NCBI GenBank assembly: GCA_964357615.1
Contig: CAYHMC010000008.1
Location: 1 to 61,371, forward strand
Length of the DNA: 61,371 nt
From: an uncultured Candidatus Saccharibacteria bacterium
GTDB lineage: Bacteria; Patescibacteriota; Minisyncoccia; UBA6257; JACOXY01
Reading direction: 5' to 3'
Both the position numbers and the translations under genes were made by a program. A model generated the notes under the pieces. That model did not search any database and had not been told where the DNA came from. It saw only the letters and a program-made list of their open reading frames with translations. Every line of letters begins with the position of its first letter. The first letter of the stretch is position 1. Positions 1-9,069 of the stretch are shown piece by piece.

Positions 1-837
1 TACTATGCTATTTAGTATAACTTTTTTGGATTCTACATTTTCCCACTCCCAGTGCAATGAATTTGTAAATATCTGAAGTGGATGTGAAAGCGCATTGTCG
101 CCAAAATCTATTATTGTAATAAAATCTTTATTTACTAAGACATTCTCAAAATGAAAATCCCTATGAATTAATTCTTCTCGCCAAGTTTCACGCAATAAAG
201 GAATGGCGCCATATACAATTGATGCAGTACGCATAAGATCTGGAATCTTACTTGGAAAACGAAGAACTGCGTATACTAAAACAATTGCATAAATAATTAG
301 CGTATCAATAAAATTACGCCGTGGAAGCATTTTGCGCTCATCTTCATTAAGGTGACTCCCGATATATCTCCAGTAATCTGTTGCAAGATTATAAACTCTA
401 GATTTTTCTGAATATGAAACAATATCTGATAAATGCACGCTATCCTCAATATATTCAAAAACAGCAGTAATTTTCTTTGGCGATATCTCTTTTTCTAAAA
501 TGCGCGGAATACGAACTTGGCGGTATTTATCCTCAAGCGACGGTCCAATGCGATCAATTACTCCATTAAGAAGTTCGTACAATCTAACTTCTTTTAAAAG
601 TTGATAGTATGCATATGTTTTGGCAGACCCCTTCCATGTCTTTAAGAGTACTCGCTTTCCCATATCATCTTCATAAATACCAATACCGCATGGAAAATCT
701 TTTAACATTTTTTGTAACCTTAAATTTCCGTGCACAAGCGGAAGTGATGTGTCTGATTCGATTTTTATAAATAAACTTAATACTCTAATCTTTAAAACTA
801 GAAAAATATGTGCGAATAAATGTGTGTGTTGATTCAT
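1..837 (-). CDS. kinase-like fold phosphotransferase (APH/choline-kinase-like), C-terminus cut by window edge
   Basis: Hand translation from ATG at 837 stays open to position 1 (MNQHTHLFAH...). It contains HRDFHFENVLV and IDFGD motifs and is paralogous to the adjacent ORF. Confidence 0.6.
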   Translation of the reverse strand, partial: MNQHTHLFAHIFLVLKIRVLSLFIKIESDTSLPLVHGNLRLQKMLKDFPCGIGIYEDDMGKRVLLKTWKGSAKTYAYYQLLKEVRLYELLNGVIDRIGPSLEDKYRQVRIPRILEKEISPKKITAVFEYIEDSVHLSDIVSYSEKSRVYNLATDYWRYIGSHLNEDERKMLPRRNFIDTLIIYAIVLVYAVLRFPSKIPDLMRTASIVYGAIPLLRETWREELIHRDFHFENVLVNKDFITIIDFGDNALSHPLQIFTNSLHWEWENVESKKVILNSIV

Positions 838-856
838 ATAAGTAAATTACTTATTA

Positions 857-1852
857 CTAAATACTAAGCGCATATTTCAAATATTTTTTATTAGCTATAA
901 CTCTTTCTTCGTTAGAGCTTATTTGGGATAAAAGATGAATACCAGAATACACCGAAAATAACTTATAGATTTTTTTTGATTTACTATCATTTAAAATGTT
1001 TTGCATTGTTTCGGATTTACTAAAATTTTCGATAAACCCCTCTTTTCTTCTAAAGCCGACAATTGCATTAACAACCTCCCACATTGGGTGCATATAAGAT
1101 GCTAATTCAAAATCAATTAAACTCTTAGTTTTATCTGAGCCTATAAGTACATTTTCGATTGAAATATCACGATGAACAAAAGCTTTTTTATAATTGTGAA
1201 TTAAAAATAATGAATTTATGCTAATCAGGAAAAATCCTTTTAAAATTTGTTTGTATTCTTTAGGATAATTCATGAGAGCACGAATAGTCGCCAAAAATAA
1301 AATTGGTGACATTTTTATAAAATTTCTCTTAATTAATTGCTCATCCTTAAAGTCATGTAATGAATTTATAAATCTTAAGTAACTAATGATTTTTTCTGTG
1401 TGCATTATCCATTCGGCAGTTTCAGCTTCAAAAACTACTTCACCAGATACCCTACTCGTGAGACAAAGAAGTCTCTCGTTATCATCAATAACTAAAACTA
1501 GTTTTGGAATTTTAATATCTGGAAATTTTTCGTTAATTAAATCGCCATACTTCTCGTATATTTTTTTAAGCACTGAATAAACACTGACTTCATTTCGCAA
1601 CCAATATTCATTTAATGAAGATTTTTTTGTAGATAATTGCTTTGCGAAATACTCTTCTCCATTTTGTGAGCGGTAAATAGCAAATTGAAATTTATCATCA
1701 ACTCTATTTTTTAAAATATTGCCGACAAAATCAAAGCCATTAATTTTTTTAGGAAACTCTAATTGGCTCTTGGTGCTACTTGACCAAAATAGGTTTTGAG
1801 TTAAACGCCAAAATAATTTTAAATTATAAAATTTTTGATTTTTTGGTGTCAT
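857..1852 (-). CDS. kinase-like fold phosphotransferase (APH/choline-kinase-like)
   Basis: 331-aa ORF with the catalytic-loop-like motif FVHRDISIENVLI and the DFE motif LIDFELA. Tandem paralog of the 1-837 ORF. Confidence 0.6.
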   Translation of the reverse strand: MTPKNQKFYNLKLFWRLTQNLFWSSSTKSQLEFPKKINGFDFVGNILKNRVDDKFQFAIYRSQNGEEYFAKQLSTKKSSLNEYWLRNEVSVYSVLKKIYEKYGDLINEKFPDIKIPKLVLVIDDNERLLCLTSRVSGEVVFEAETAEWIMHTEKIISYLRFINSLHDFKDEQLIKRNFIKMSPILFLATIRALMNYPKEYKQILKGFFLISINSLFLIHNYKKAFVHRDISIENVLIGSDKTKSLIDFELASYMHPMWEVVNAIVGFRRKEGFIENFSKSETMQNILNDSKSKKIYKLFSVYSGIHLLSQISSNEERVIANKKYLKYALSI

Positions 1853-1853
1853 A

Positions 1854-4800
1854 CTAATGATTTCTAAGTGCTGTCAAAAATAATTTACTAGTTTTTTCCC
1901 AACTAAAATTACTCGCCCACTTAAGCGCCTCTTTATTCATATGAGCTCTAAGCTCATTATTTCTAATAATTTTTGTTATACAATCTGCAAACCCTTTAAC
2001 ATCGCCATATTCAACTAAATAACCAGAATATGGGCTAGACACTGAGTCTCGCAACCCTGGCACATTAGAAGCAATTACAGGCGTGCCACAAGCATTAGCT
2101 TCTATTGTAGTAATACCCCACCCCTCGAGCATTGATGGATTAACTGCAACCCATGCCCTTTGAAGTAGGCGGAGTTTTAAAGATTCGCTAACCTTGCCAG
2201 TAAAAACAACATTATTATCAATGCCTAAATCTAATGAAAGTGATTTTAATTTTTTTTCTTCATCACCAGAACCAGCAAGAATAAGTTCTGCATTTGGTTC
2301 TCTTTCTAAAACAATTTTAAACGCATGCAAAAGCACATCAATTGATTTGTAAGCTTTTAAGCGACCAAGATAAAGTATTGTTGGTTTTGGGCTTTTTTCA
2401 CCAACTGAAAAATTTAATTGATTTACTCCAGGATTAACAATTTCTATGCCAGCCTTTCCTAGTCCAAGAGAAACGATATCTTCGAGGCTTGATTTTGAAA
2501 CAGTAATAAATTTAATATTTTTATAAACTATTGGCATTAAACCTTTTTCCAAAAATCTTGCAAAAAATGCTAGTGGAAATGGTAAATATCTAGTAAATAC
2601 TTCTTGATGCACATGATGCATCAAACAAAACACTGGTTCCTTTGCGTATAAAGGAGTAAAAAATGGAATTCCATTATGACAATCGATGATTAAATCAAAT
2701 TTATTTCTAAATTGTGTAAAATAATATAAGAAAGCCCATAAATAAACCAAATAAAATCCACCTCTTCGAATAATCTGAACGCCATCTATAATTTCTCTCT
2801 CAGAATTTTTTCCGTCATTTCCGCAGAAAATAGTAACTGAATGACCTTCTTTAATCCATTCCTTTGCAATGGAATCGACATAAATTTCAGCTCCTCCTGC
2901 AAATGCATGCTTAGTATCTCGCCAATTTAAAATTAATATTTTTTGCTTATGAGCTAATGGTTTAACTTCAGATCCAGATTTAGTAAATGCATTTTTAAAA
3001 TCAATCCATGCGCGACGAGCAAATTTAAATTGAGGCTGAAGTACGACAAGTGTTAAAACCACTCCAAATCCAAGCAAACTACCATTAACTATTCCATTTA
3101 CAATATCTCTTACGCTCTCGTGCTCGCTTAAAATGCTCGTTATCATTTTTGCTGCAGCCGCCATTGGGGCTAAAGAAAAAATATAGTATTTACGAACTAT
3201 GTAATAAACGACTATCGCGTTTGAAATTGTAAAAATTGATATACCAAGAGAATAAACCAGCATAAAAGGTAGAATTGGCAATGACTTTGCGCCAAAAAGT
3301 AGCGGTATTGTGAAGTGACCAAAAACTCCTATGCCAGCAAATCCCGCACCAACGAAAAGCAATACTGCGGCAAAAATAAATTTAAAGGTTTTTCTTGAAT
3401 CTTTACGAGCTGCTTCTTCTCTGCTAATAAGCGGAGTAATTAAGAAGTTTGAAAGTGAACCGAAGAAAAATATTATCTTTCCAGCAAGTGAAAGAAGTGC
3501 ATATTGCCCAGCTAAGGTTGGGGAAAGAAAATGCTTTGCAAGCAATATATCGACACTCATAAAAATCGCAACAGAAATTCCATTTAAAAGCGATGCGGAA
3601 TAAAAGTTAAATGGAAAAGGTCCAGTATATTTTTCTTTTTGTTTTGTAGTTTTTGACAACACAAGCACCCATGACACGAGTGCTGTAATTGCAATTGAAA
3701 TTGGTATTGATAAATAGGCTAAATTATTCATACCCAATTTCCAAAATCCAAACGCTAATGCAAACTTACTTCCAGCTTCTAATATAGAAACTAAAGCAAC
3801 ATATTTAAGAAAAAGATTTCCATTTAAAAATCCTCGACTAGCTGCTCCAATTGCTCCCAAAATAAATATTGGAGTAAAAAATAAAATAACTTCAGGGTTT
3901 GCAATGTGGAAGAAGCTAGACACATATGGAGATACAGCAATCCACATAAGCGCAATTATAAATGTAACTACAAAGCCACGATTAATTACAAATTGAAAAA
4001 ACGCACCTTCACTACCAGGACTTGAAACTGAAAGACGAGCTGATTGACGATTAACTGTAGCTGCAAACGCGTTCATAAATACGGCAATGAGTGTCCAGAT
4101 TGTGTTTACAAGTGCAATAAGTCCAAATTCTTCAAGTGACAATACTCTTCCTAAAAAAGCATTAAATAAAAAGTTTAAAAAATTTGCCGCCATTGTTGCA
4201 ATCATAAAAATGACAGCCCCCGAAAGGTGCCCTGACATTGATTGTGGTATGAATCTGTATATAAATGCGCGAACTCTAGAGAAAGCTGGAGCGGAGTATT
4301 CCTCCTCATGTTTTTTAACAGGCACAATGTCTATAAAATTTTTCTGCTTTGGGAGATGGCTATTTGCTAAATTCAAACCATGACGAGTTTTTTCCCAAAA
4401 ATGAGGTTTAACTATTAGTTGCCAAAGCGCCATATAAGAAGCCATGCTCATAAAGAACCAATAAACTGGAATGAAATATATAAACTTTATTAATTCCCAC
4501 TTCTCTCTCTTAGCACAAGCAAGCATGTAGTTATACAAATACATGAAATTTCCAAAGAGCAATGAAAATGTAGCAAGATAAAAAATTGGACCTGGATATA
4601 TAGCTTCAATGGCTTCTCCGATACTTTCGCGGAATACAAAATATGAAATTGTGGCTAGCCATAGCAATGGATTAATCAAAGCAAAAGTTGTCTTTAATCC
4701 AATGTTTAATTGAAAAACAAAAGCATGAATTCCATAATCTTTAACAAATTGAAGTGGATGACGCATATGCACCAAAAATGTTTGCATATAACCCTTTACC

Positions 4801-6515
4801 CATCTTGATCTTTGTCTAATCCAATTGCCTACTTCGCTGTTAGCTTCTTCGAGTGTTAGGGAGTCAATAATAGCGGTCCTGTAGCCCAATTTGAAAAGTC
4901 TAGTTCCCAAATCACAGTCTTCTGTGACATTAAATGGGTCCCATCCCTTCATATCAATCAAATCTTTTACTCTAAAATGATTGCTGGTACCACCAAGCGG
5001 TATAATTGTGTTTATTGCTTGAAGGCTTGGCAAAATAACTTCAAACCAAAGTGAATATTCTGCTGTAAAAAGACGAGTAAGCAAATTTTGGTCAGAATTA
5101 AAATAATTTAATTTAGCCTGTAAACATTTCACATCATCGGGTGAACTTTCGAAAGCAAGATATGCTTTTTTAAGTTGTGATGATTCTGGAATATCTTCTG
5201 CATCATAAATAACAACATACTTGCCTTTAGCTAAAGAAAGACCATAGTTACAAGCCTTCGGCTTAGTTTTTGGCATTGAATGTGGAACAACAACTGTACG
5301 AACATAGTTGGGCAATTCCATTGAATTAGCAGTGGCAATTGTTTCTGGGTCGTTTTCTTCTAATAGAAGCAAAACATCTAGCTTATTTTTAGGCCAGTCA
5401 AGATTGCTTATCGCAGATAAAAATCCAGGCAAAACAGCGGATTCTTTATATAGCGGACATAGTATTGAATATACTGGAAGTTTTGATTCATCAATTTCTG
5501 CTAACTCTTTTGCAGTAAAATTAATTTCTGGAGGACTATTCATACTCTTAACTATCAAAAACAGATTAAAAACGGTATCAGTAAAATAAATTGCACTTAA
5601 AATTGATATCAAAACGATTGCAGTGATAAGTGGTGAAAAATAAAATCCAATCGCAAATGATGCCAAAATTGTAAATATAAAAATCTTTTGAGCTAGAGTG
5701 AATGTAAAAACAGCTGATATGCTTTTATCTAGGGTTGTGTGACTAATAAACCTTTTGCCTCCATGAGCTACTCCGGCTCCAATCATGCTCCCCTCTTCGG
5801 TTGGCAAAATAAGGACTGGTTTCCTTTTTGTAAAACGCATTTTAATGGCATTCCAACCAATCTCTTTTATTGCATTAGCTAACTTTATTTTTGAATGTCC
5901 AAATTTTCTTTCATCAAATAAAATATTAATAGACGATATTTTATATCCAGCGTTTTTTGCATTAAGTAAAAATTCTAAATCAAAAGTCCACTGTGATGGG
6001 TTAACAGTAATTTCATTAATAATTTGTCTCTTGAAAACTTTAAGACCAGATTGGACATCGCAATCAAGGCCATGCAAAAATTTACCAAACAAATATGAGA
6101 AAAATTTGCTTATAAGATTGCGAGCGAAACCCTCATTCCTCTGAGCTCTGCATGCAACGACTACATCAGTCTTACCGCTTTCAATCATGCTTATCATTCG
6201 CGGGAATGCCTCTGGCGGATACTGCAAGTCTGCATCAATATAACCAATCAAATCATTTTTGGCATATTTAAATCCTTCGAGAAGAGAAAAAGCTTTCCCT
6301 GGTTTCCCTTTTTTAAGATGGGAAATTATTGGATATGTAAGAGCAAAAATTTTAATTGCGTCATATGTGCCGTCCTTTGAATGATCATCAATGTATATAA
6401 TTTCATACAAAGATTTATCACCCCCAAATGCACGATCAATACGCTCAACCATTGGTTGGATGTTTTGAAGCTCATTTAGCGTTGGTATTACAATTGATAT
6501 AGTTTGGCGATTCAT
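1854..6515 (-). CDS. four-module glycopolymer synthesis fusion: GT2 + processive GT2 + Wzx/MOP-like flippase + GT4
   Basis: Uninterrupted 1553-aa ORF. N-terminal GT2 motifs: ISIVIPTLNE, YIDDHSKDGT, IDADLQYPPE. Second GT2 motifs: YDAEDIPE, TEDCDLG, QRSRWVKG (QxxRW). A long multi-TM block follows, then a C-terminal GT4 motif EGWGITTIEANACGTPVIAS. Confidence 0.8.
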   Translation of the reverse strand: MNRQTISIVIPTLNELQNIQPMVERIDRAFGGDKSLYEIIYIDDHSKDGTYDAIKIFALTYPIISHLKKGKPGKAFSLLEGFKYAKNDLIGYIDADLQYPPEAFPRMISMIESGKTDVVVACRAQRNEGFARNLISKFFSYLFGKFLHGLDCDVQSGLKVFKRQIINEITVNPSQWTFDLEFLLNAKNAGYKISSINILFDERKFGHSKIKLANAIKEIGWNAIKMRFTKRKPVLILPTEEGSMIGAGVAHGGKRFISHTTLDKSISAVFTFTLAQKIFIFTILASFAIGFYFSPLITAIVLISILSAIYFTDTVFNLFLIVKSMNSPPEINFTAKELAEIDESKLPVYSILCPLYKESAVLPGFLSAISNLDWPKNKLDVLLLLEENDPETIATANSMELPNYVRTVVVPHSMPKTKPKACNYGLSLAKGKYVVIYDAEDIPESSQLKKAYLAFESSPDDVKCLQAKLNYFNSDQNLLTRLFTAEYSLWFEVILPSLQAINTIIPLGGTSNHFRVKDLIDMKGWDPFNVTEDCDLGTRLFKLGYRTAIIDSLTLEEANSEVGNWIRQRSRWVKGYMQTFLVHMRHPLQFVKDYGIHAFVFQLNIGLKTTFALINPLLWLATISYFVFRESIGEAIEAIYPGPIFYLATFSLLFGNFMYLYNYMLACAKREKWELIKFIYFIPVYWFFMSMASYMALWQLIVKPHFWEKTRHGLNLANSHLPKQKNFIDIVPVKKHEEEYSAPAFSRVRAFIYRFIPQSMSGHLSGAVIFMIATMAANFLNFLFNAFLGRVLSLEEFGLIALVNTIWTLIAVFMNAFAATVNRQSARLSVSSPGSEGAFFQFVINRGFVVTFIIALMWIAVSPYVSSFFHIANPEVILFFTPIFILGAIGAASRGFLNGNLFLKYVALVSILEAGSKFALAFGFWKLGMNNLAYLSIPISIAITALVSWVLVLSKTTKQKEKYTGPFPFNFYSASLLNGISVAIFMSVDILLAKHFLSPTLAGQYALLSLAGKIIFFFGSLSNFLITPLISREEAARKDSRKTFKFIFAAVLLFVGAGFAGIGVFGHFTIPLLFGAKSLPILPFMLVYSLGISIFTISNAIVVYYIVRKYYIFSLAPMAAAAKMITSILSEHESVRDIVNGIVNGSLLGFGVVLTLVVLQPQFKFARRAWIDFKNAFTKSGSEVKPLAHKQKILILNWRDTKHAFAGGAEIYVDSIAKEWIKEGHSVTIFCGNDGKNSEREIIDGVQIIRRGGFYLVYLWAFLYYFTQFRNKFDLIIDCHNGIPFFTPLYAKEPVFCLMHHVHQEVFTRYLPFPLAFFARFLEKGLMPIVYKNIKFITVSKSSLEDIVSLGLGKAGIEIVNPGVNQLNFSVGEKSPKPTILYLGRLKAYKSIDVLLHAFKIVLEREPNAELILAGSGDEEKKLKSLSLDLGIDNNVVFTGKVSESLKLRLLQRAWVAVNPSMLEGWGITTIEANACGTPVIASNVPGLRDSVSSPYSGYLVEYGDVKGFADCITKIIRNNELRAHMNKEALKWASNFSWEKTSKLFLTALRNH

Positions 6516-6807
6516 ATGATTTTTATTGGACTAAATTGGAATTCATTCAATTTCATTAGACAAAATAACCCTTATAAATTGGTGATTTTACCTATATCTA
6601 GGTTAGGCCCTATTATATTACATTTTAGCCAAAATGTCAAATATTCATTGTTTTGTGAGGATATAAAAAACCACCGAGAAATCGATGGTAACCCTCGAAA
6701 AACTCAATTAATTTATCCACTATATATGACGATTAACCTTTACTTTTATTACTAAAACAAATAAATATTAATTTCTATTTTTAGAACATATCCATTATAA
6801 TATATTC

Positions 6808-7311
6808 ATGGAAAAAACAAAGCTTATAAAGATGTTGAAAAAACTCGAAATTGTAACGGAAGGATCTTTCGTTCTTCATTCTGGCAAAGTATCTAATTAT
6901 TATATAGATATTAAAAAATCATACGGCAATCCTAAGCTACTTTCTAAATTAGCTACATTAATAGCAAAAAATATCTCAAAAAAAGCTACCTGCGTAGCTT
7001 CAACTGGTCACGGTGGAATACCACTTGCAACCGTTGTCTCTATTATAAGCGGTCTACCACTTATACTAATAAGAGAAACGGAGAAAGATCATGGAACTAT
7101 GGGTGTTATTGAAGGATACATACCAGGAAGTAAAGATTGTGTGGCAATAATAGACGATGTATACACAACTGGCGCTAGCGTAAAAGAAATGATACTTGCA
7201 GTCACCGAATATAAAACTAAAATAGCAGGCATATATGTTATTGCTTGGCGAGGTGAGGGCAAACCGCCGACAAACTTAAGTTATATTTTTAAGCAAACTG
7301 AATTAAAATAA
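6808..7311 (+). CDS. pyrE: orotate phosphoribosyltransferase-like PRTase
   Basis: 167 aa with the PRPP-binding motif VAIIDDVYTTGASV. Confidence 0.65.
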   Translation: MEKTKLIKMLKKLEIVTEGSFVLHSGKVSNYYIDIKKSYGNPKLLSKLATLIAKNISKKATCVASTGHGGIPLATVVSIISGLPLILIRETEKDHGTMGVIEGYIPGSKDCVAIIDDVYTTGASVKEMILAVTEYKTKIAGIYVIAWRGEGKPPTNLSYIFKQTELK

Positions 7312-7352
7312 TTTATGATTTATTAGGAATCATTTAATAAAGCTTGGGTTGT

Positions 7353-7778
7353 ATGGAAATAAAAATAAAAAGAATAGATAAAACTCTTCCCCTACCTCAA
7401 TATCATACAGTTGGTGCTGTTGCTTTTGATTTTTTGGCTCGAGTAGAAGTAACGATTCTACCAGGTACGGTTGGATATGTTCCTTTAAATGTTTGCGTTG
7501 GAACACCTGCGGGATACATGCTAATGCTTGCCGCACGAAGCTCACTACACAAGCGAGGTTTAATGCTTGCAAATGGCGTTGTTATTGGCGATCAAGATTT
7601 TTCTGGAAATAATGATGAATATAAAGCTGCATTATACAATTTTACAAACAATCCTGTTACAGTTTTGCGTGGTGATAGATTGGTGCAAGGCATGTTTAAG
7701 CCAATTGAAAAAAGTGAATGGAATGAGGTTGATGACATGGAAGCAAAAGATCGAGGTGGCTTTGGTAGTACGGGCTAA
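7353..7778 (+). CDS. dut: dUTP diphosphatase
   Basis: Motifs GVVIGDQDFSGN and C-terminal RGGFGSTG. The ORF-track start at 7344 is TTG; the in-frame ATG at 7353 is preferred. Confidence 0.8.
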   Translation: MEIKIKRIDKTLPLPQYHTVGAVAFDFLARVEVTILPGTVGYVPLNVCVGTPAGYMLMLAARSSLHKRGLMLANGVVIGDQDFSGNNDEYKAALYNFTNNPVTVLRGDRLVQGMFKPIEKSEWNEVDDMEAKDRGGFGSTG

Positions 7779-7801
7779 ATCAATTTGCTTTGCAAATTGA
7801 T
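7779..7801 (+). terminator. hairpin after dut (10-bp stem, weak T tract)
   Basis: ATCAATTTGC ttt GCAAATTGAT immediately after the dut stop codon. Confidence 0.4.
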
Positions 7802-7845
7802 CGCCCGATAATTTCTATCTTGAAATTATTTAGGGCTAAATTAAA

Positions 7846-7866
7846 AACCTAGCTATGAACTAGGTT
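7846..7866 (-). terminator. hairpin terminator of small paralog A
   Basis: AACCTAG/CTAGGTT stem overlapping the stop codon. Related to the hairpins at 8114 and 8583. Confidence 0.45.
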
Positions 7867-8030
7867 TCAGTTTTTCTTATAATTCCAAATCTTTTCGCAG
7901 TACACACTGCTGCCGTTCTTACTCCTGCTTCACTTAAATTATCGCTTGGTCTTTGATCCCAAATTTCATTAATTTGGGAGTCACGGAAACCATACTCTCT
8001 AATAATTTCTATAAATCTTTCTTTGGTCAT
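7860..8030 (-). CDS. small protein, MTKE-F...W-RP module family (paralog A)
   Basis: 56-aa ORF below the ORF-track cutoff: MTKERFIEIIREYGFRDSQINEIWDQRPSDNL... It is homologous to both halves of 8140-8502 and to 8607-8879. Confidence 0.6.
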   Translation of the reverse strand: MTKERFIEIIREYGFRDSQINEIWDQRPSDNLSEAGVRTAAVCTAKRFGIIRKTET

Positions 8031-8113
8031 TTATAGCTCCCTAGCAACATGCTCAATTTCTAATAAATAAATATCATAGGCCCAATATAAACTCAAGCGA
8101 TTTAAATAAAAAT

Positions 8114-8133
8114 ACCTAGCATAATAGCTAGGT
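8114..8133 (-). terminator. intrinsic terminator of paralog B
   Basis: ACCTAGC ataata GCTAGGT, followed on the minus strand by TATTTTTATTT. Confidence 0.6.
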
Positions 8134-8139
8134 TAAATT

Positions 8140-8502
8140 TTAAGATACTGATTTCATAATCAACGCATGTTCTCGCAGAATATCTTCTTCAAGTTCATCA
8201 GTTGGCCTTGTGTCCCATAGGCGGTCAATAGACGCCTCATCATATCCACACGAAAGCATAATTTCTCTAAACTTTTCCTTAGTCATTGCATTCGAAGGCA
8301 AATCATTTTCTTTATTTCTTCTAGGAATATAAATCTCCAAAAGTGTTCTCCTTAAAGAAGTCTCTTTCATTGCTTCAACATCTGGAATTGATTCAATATT
8401 GAGCCCAGAAGTCCTACAAGCAGAATCCCAGCACCGGTCAATCTCTTCTGTGTCTGTTATGCCACATTCACTGAGTACCTGAACAAATCTTTCCTTAGTC
8501 AT
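8140..8502 (-). CDS. small protein with two tandem MTKE-F...W-RP modules (paralog B)
   Basis: 120 aa with an internal duplication: MTKERFVQVLSECGITDTEEIDRCWDS... and MTKEKFREIMLSCGYDEASIDRLWDTRPTDELEEDILREHAL. Confidence 0.65.
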   Translation of the reverse strand: MTKERFVQVLSECGITDTEEIDRCWDSACRTSGLNIESIPDVEAMKETSLRRTLLEIYIPRRNKENDLPSNAMTKEKFREIMLSCGYDEASIDRLWDTRPTDELEEDILREHALIMKSVS

Positions 8503-8582
8503 AATCCCCTCACATTCTAGAGACTTAAATTTCTGGGTTCAAAATAACACAAGCTAACATTACCGTCAAACACAATAAAAAT

Positions 8583-8601
8583 ACCTAGCAATTAGCTAGG
8601 T
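8583..8601 (-). terminator. intrinsic terminator of paralog C
   Basis: ACCTAGC aatta GCTAGGT followed by a T tract on the minus strand. Near-identical to the hairpin at 8114. Confidence 0.6.
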
Positions 8602-8606
8602 AAAAA

Positions 8607-8879
8607 TTATTTTAAGTTTTTTAATTTTTTTTGAAATCTACTCTTTAACAATCTTCTCTCTCCTTCTCGAGTTCGTTTTATAATAAATTTTTTATAAGAT
8701 TTATTTGATTCTGTTAAAAAAGCAGAAAGGACCAACGCAGATTTTCTTAGGGTTTCCTCGTCTAATTCAAATGGCCTAGACTCCCACATAAATTCTATTT
8801 GATCTGAAGTAAATCCAAATTCTTTTAAGATTTCAGAAAATTCAAGAATTCTAAGTGGTCCCGCTCGTTGATTATTCAT
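8607..8879 (-). CDS. small protein, same module family (paralog C) with a basic tail
   Basis: The segment FSEILKEFGFTSDQIEFMWESRPFELDEETLRKSAL matches the module. 90 aa. Confidence 0.6.
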   Translation of the reverse strand: MNNQRAGPLRILEFSEILKEFGFTSDQIEFMWESRPFELDEETLRKSALVLSAFLTESNKSYKKFIIKRTREGERRLLKSRFQKKLKNLK

Positions 8880-8944
8880 TGAAATTCCACTTGTCTTTAG
8901 TACTAAATTTTATAATATAAATGCTAAAGACTATTGTCAAATAA

Positions 8945-9050
8945 ATCCCGCTAGAAGCTCACGCGAGTTAGTAAAACTTGCGTTCGCCAAACAAATAAAT
9001 AAAAATCCGTTCCTACAGAAAGCCATAGACTATTTTATTTCTAATGGGAT
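8945..9050. mobile_element. MITE-like element M1 (ATCCCG...GGGAT termini)
   Basis: Left end ATCCCGCTAGAAG; right end TTCTAATGGGAT (an imperfect inverted repeat). Flanked by TAAA on both sides. AT-rich interior with no ORF. Confidence 0.5.
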
Positions 9051-9069
9051 AAAAATTCCCATAATCAAA

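Noticed and set aside
6796-6810. A TATAAT box 6 nt before the pyrE-like ATG, suggesting a leaderless mRNA.
   Set aside because: The -35 region is poor, and AT-rich DNA yields TATAAT by chance. This is not enough to report as a feature.
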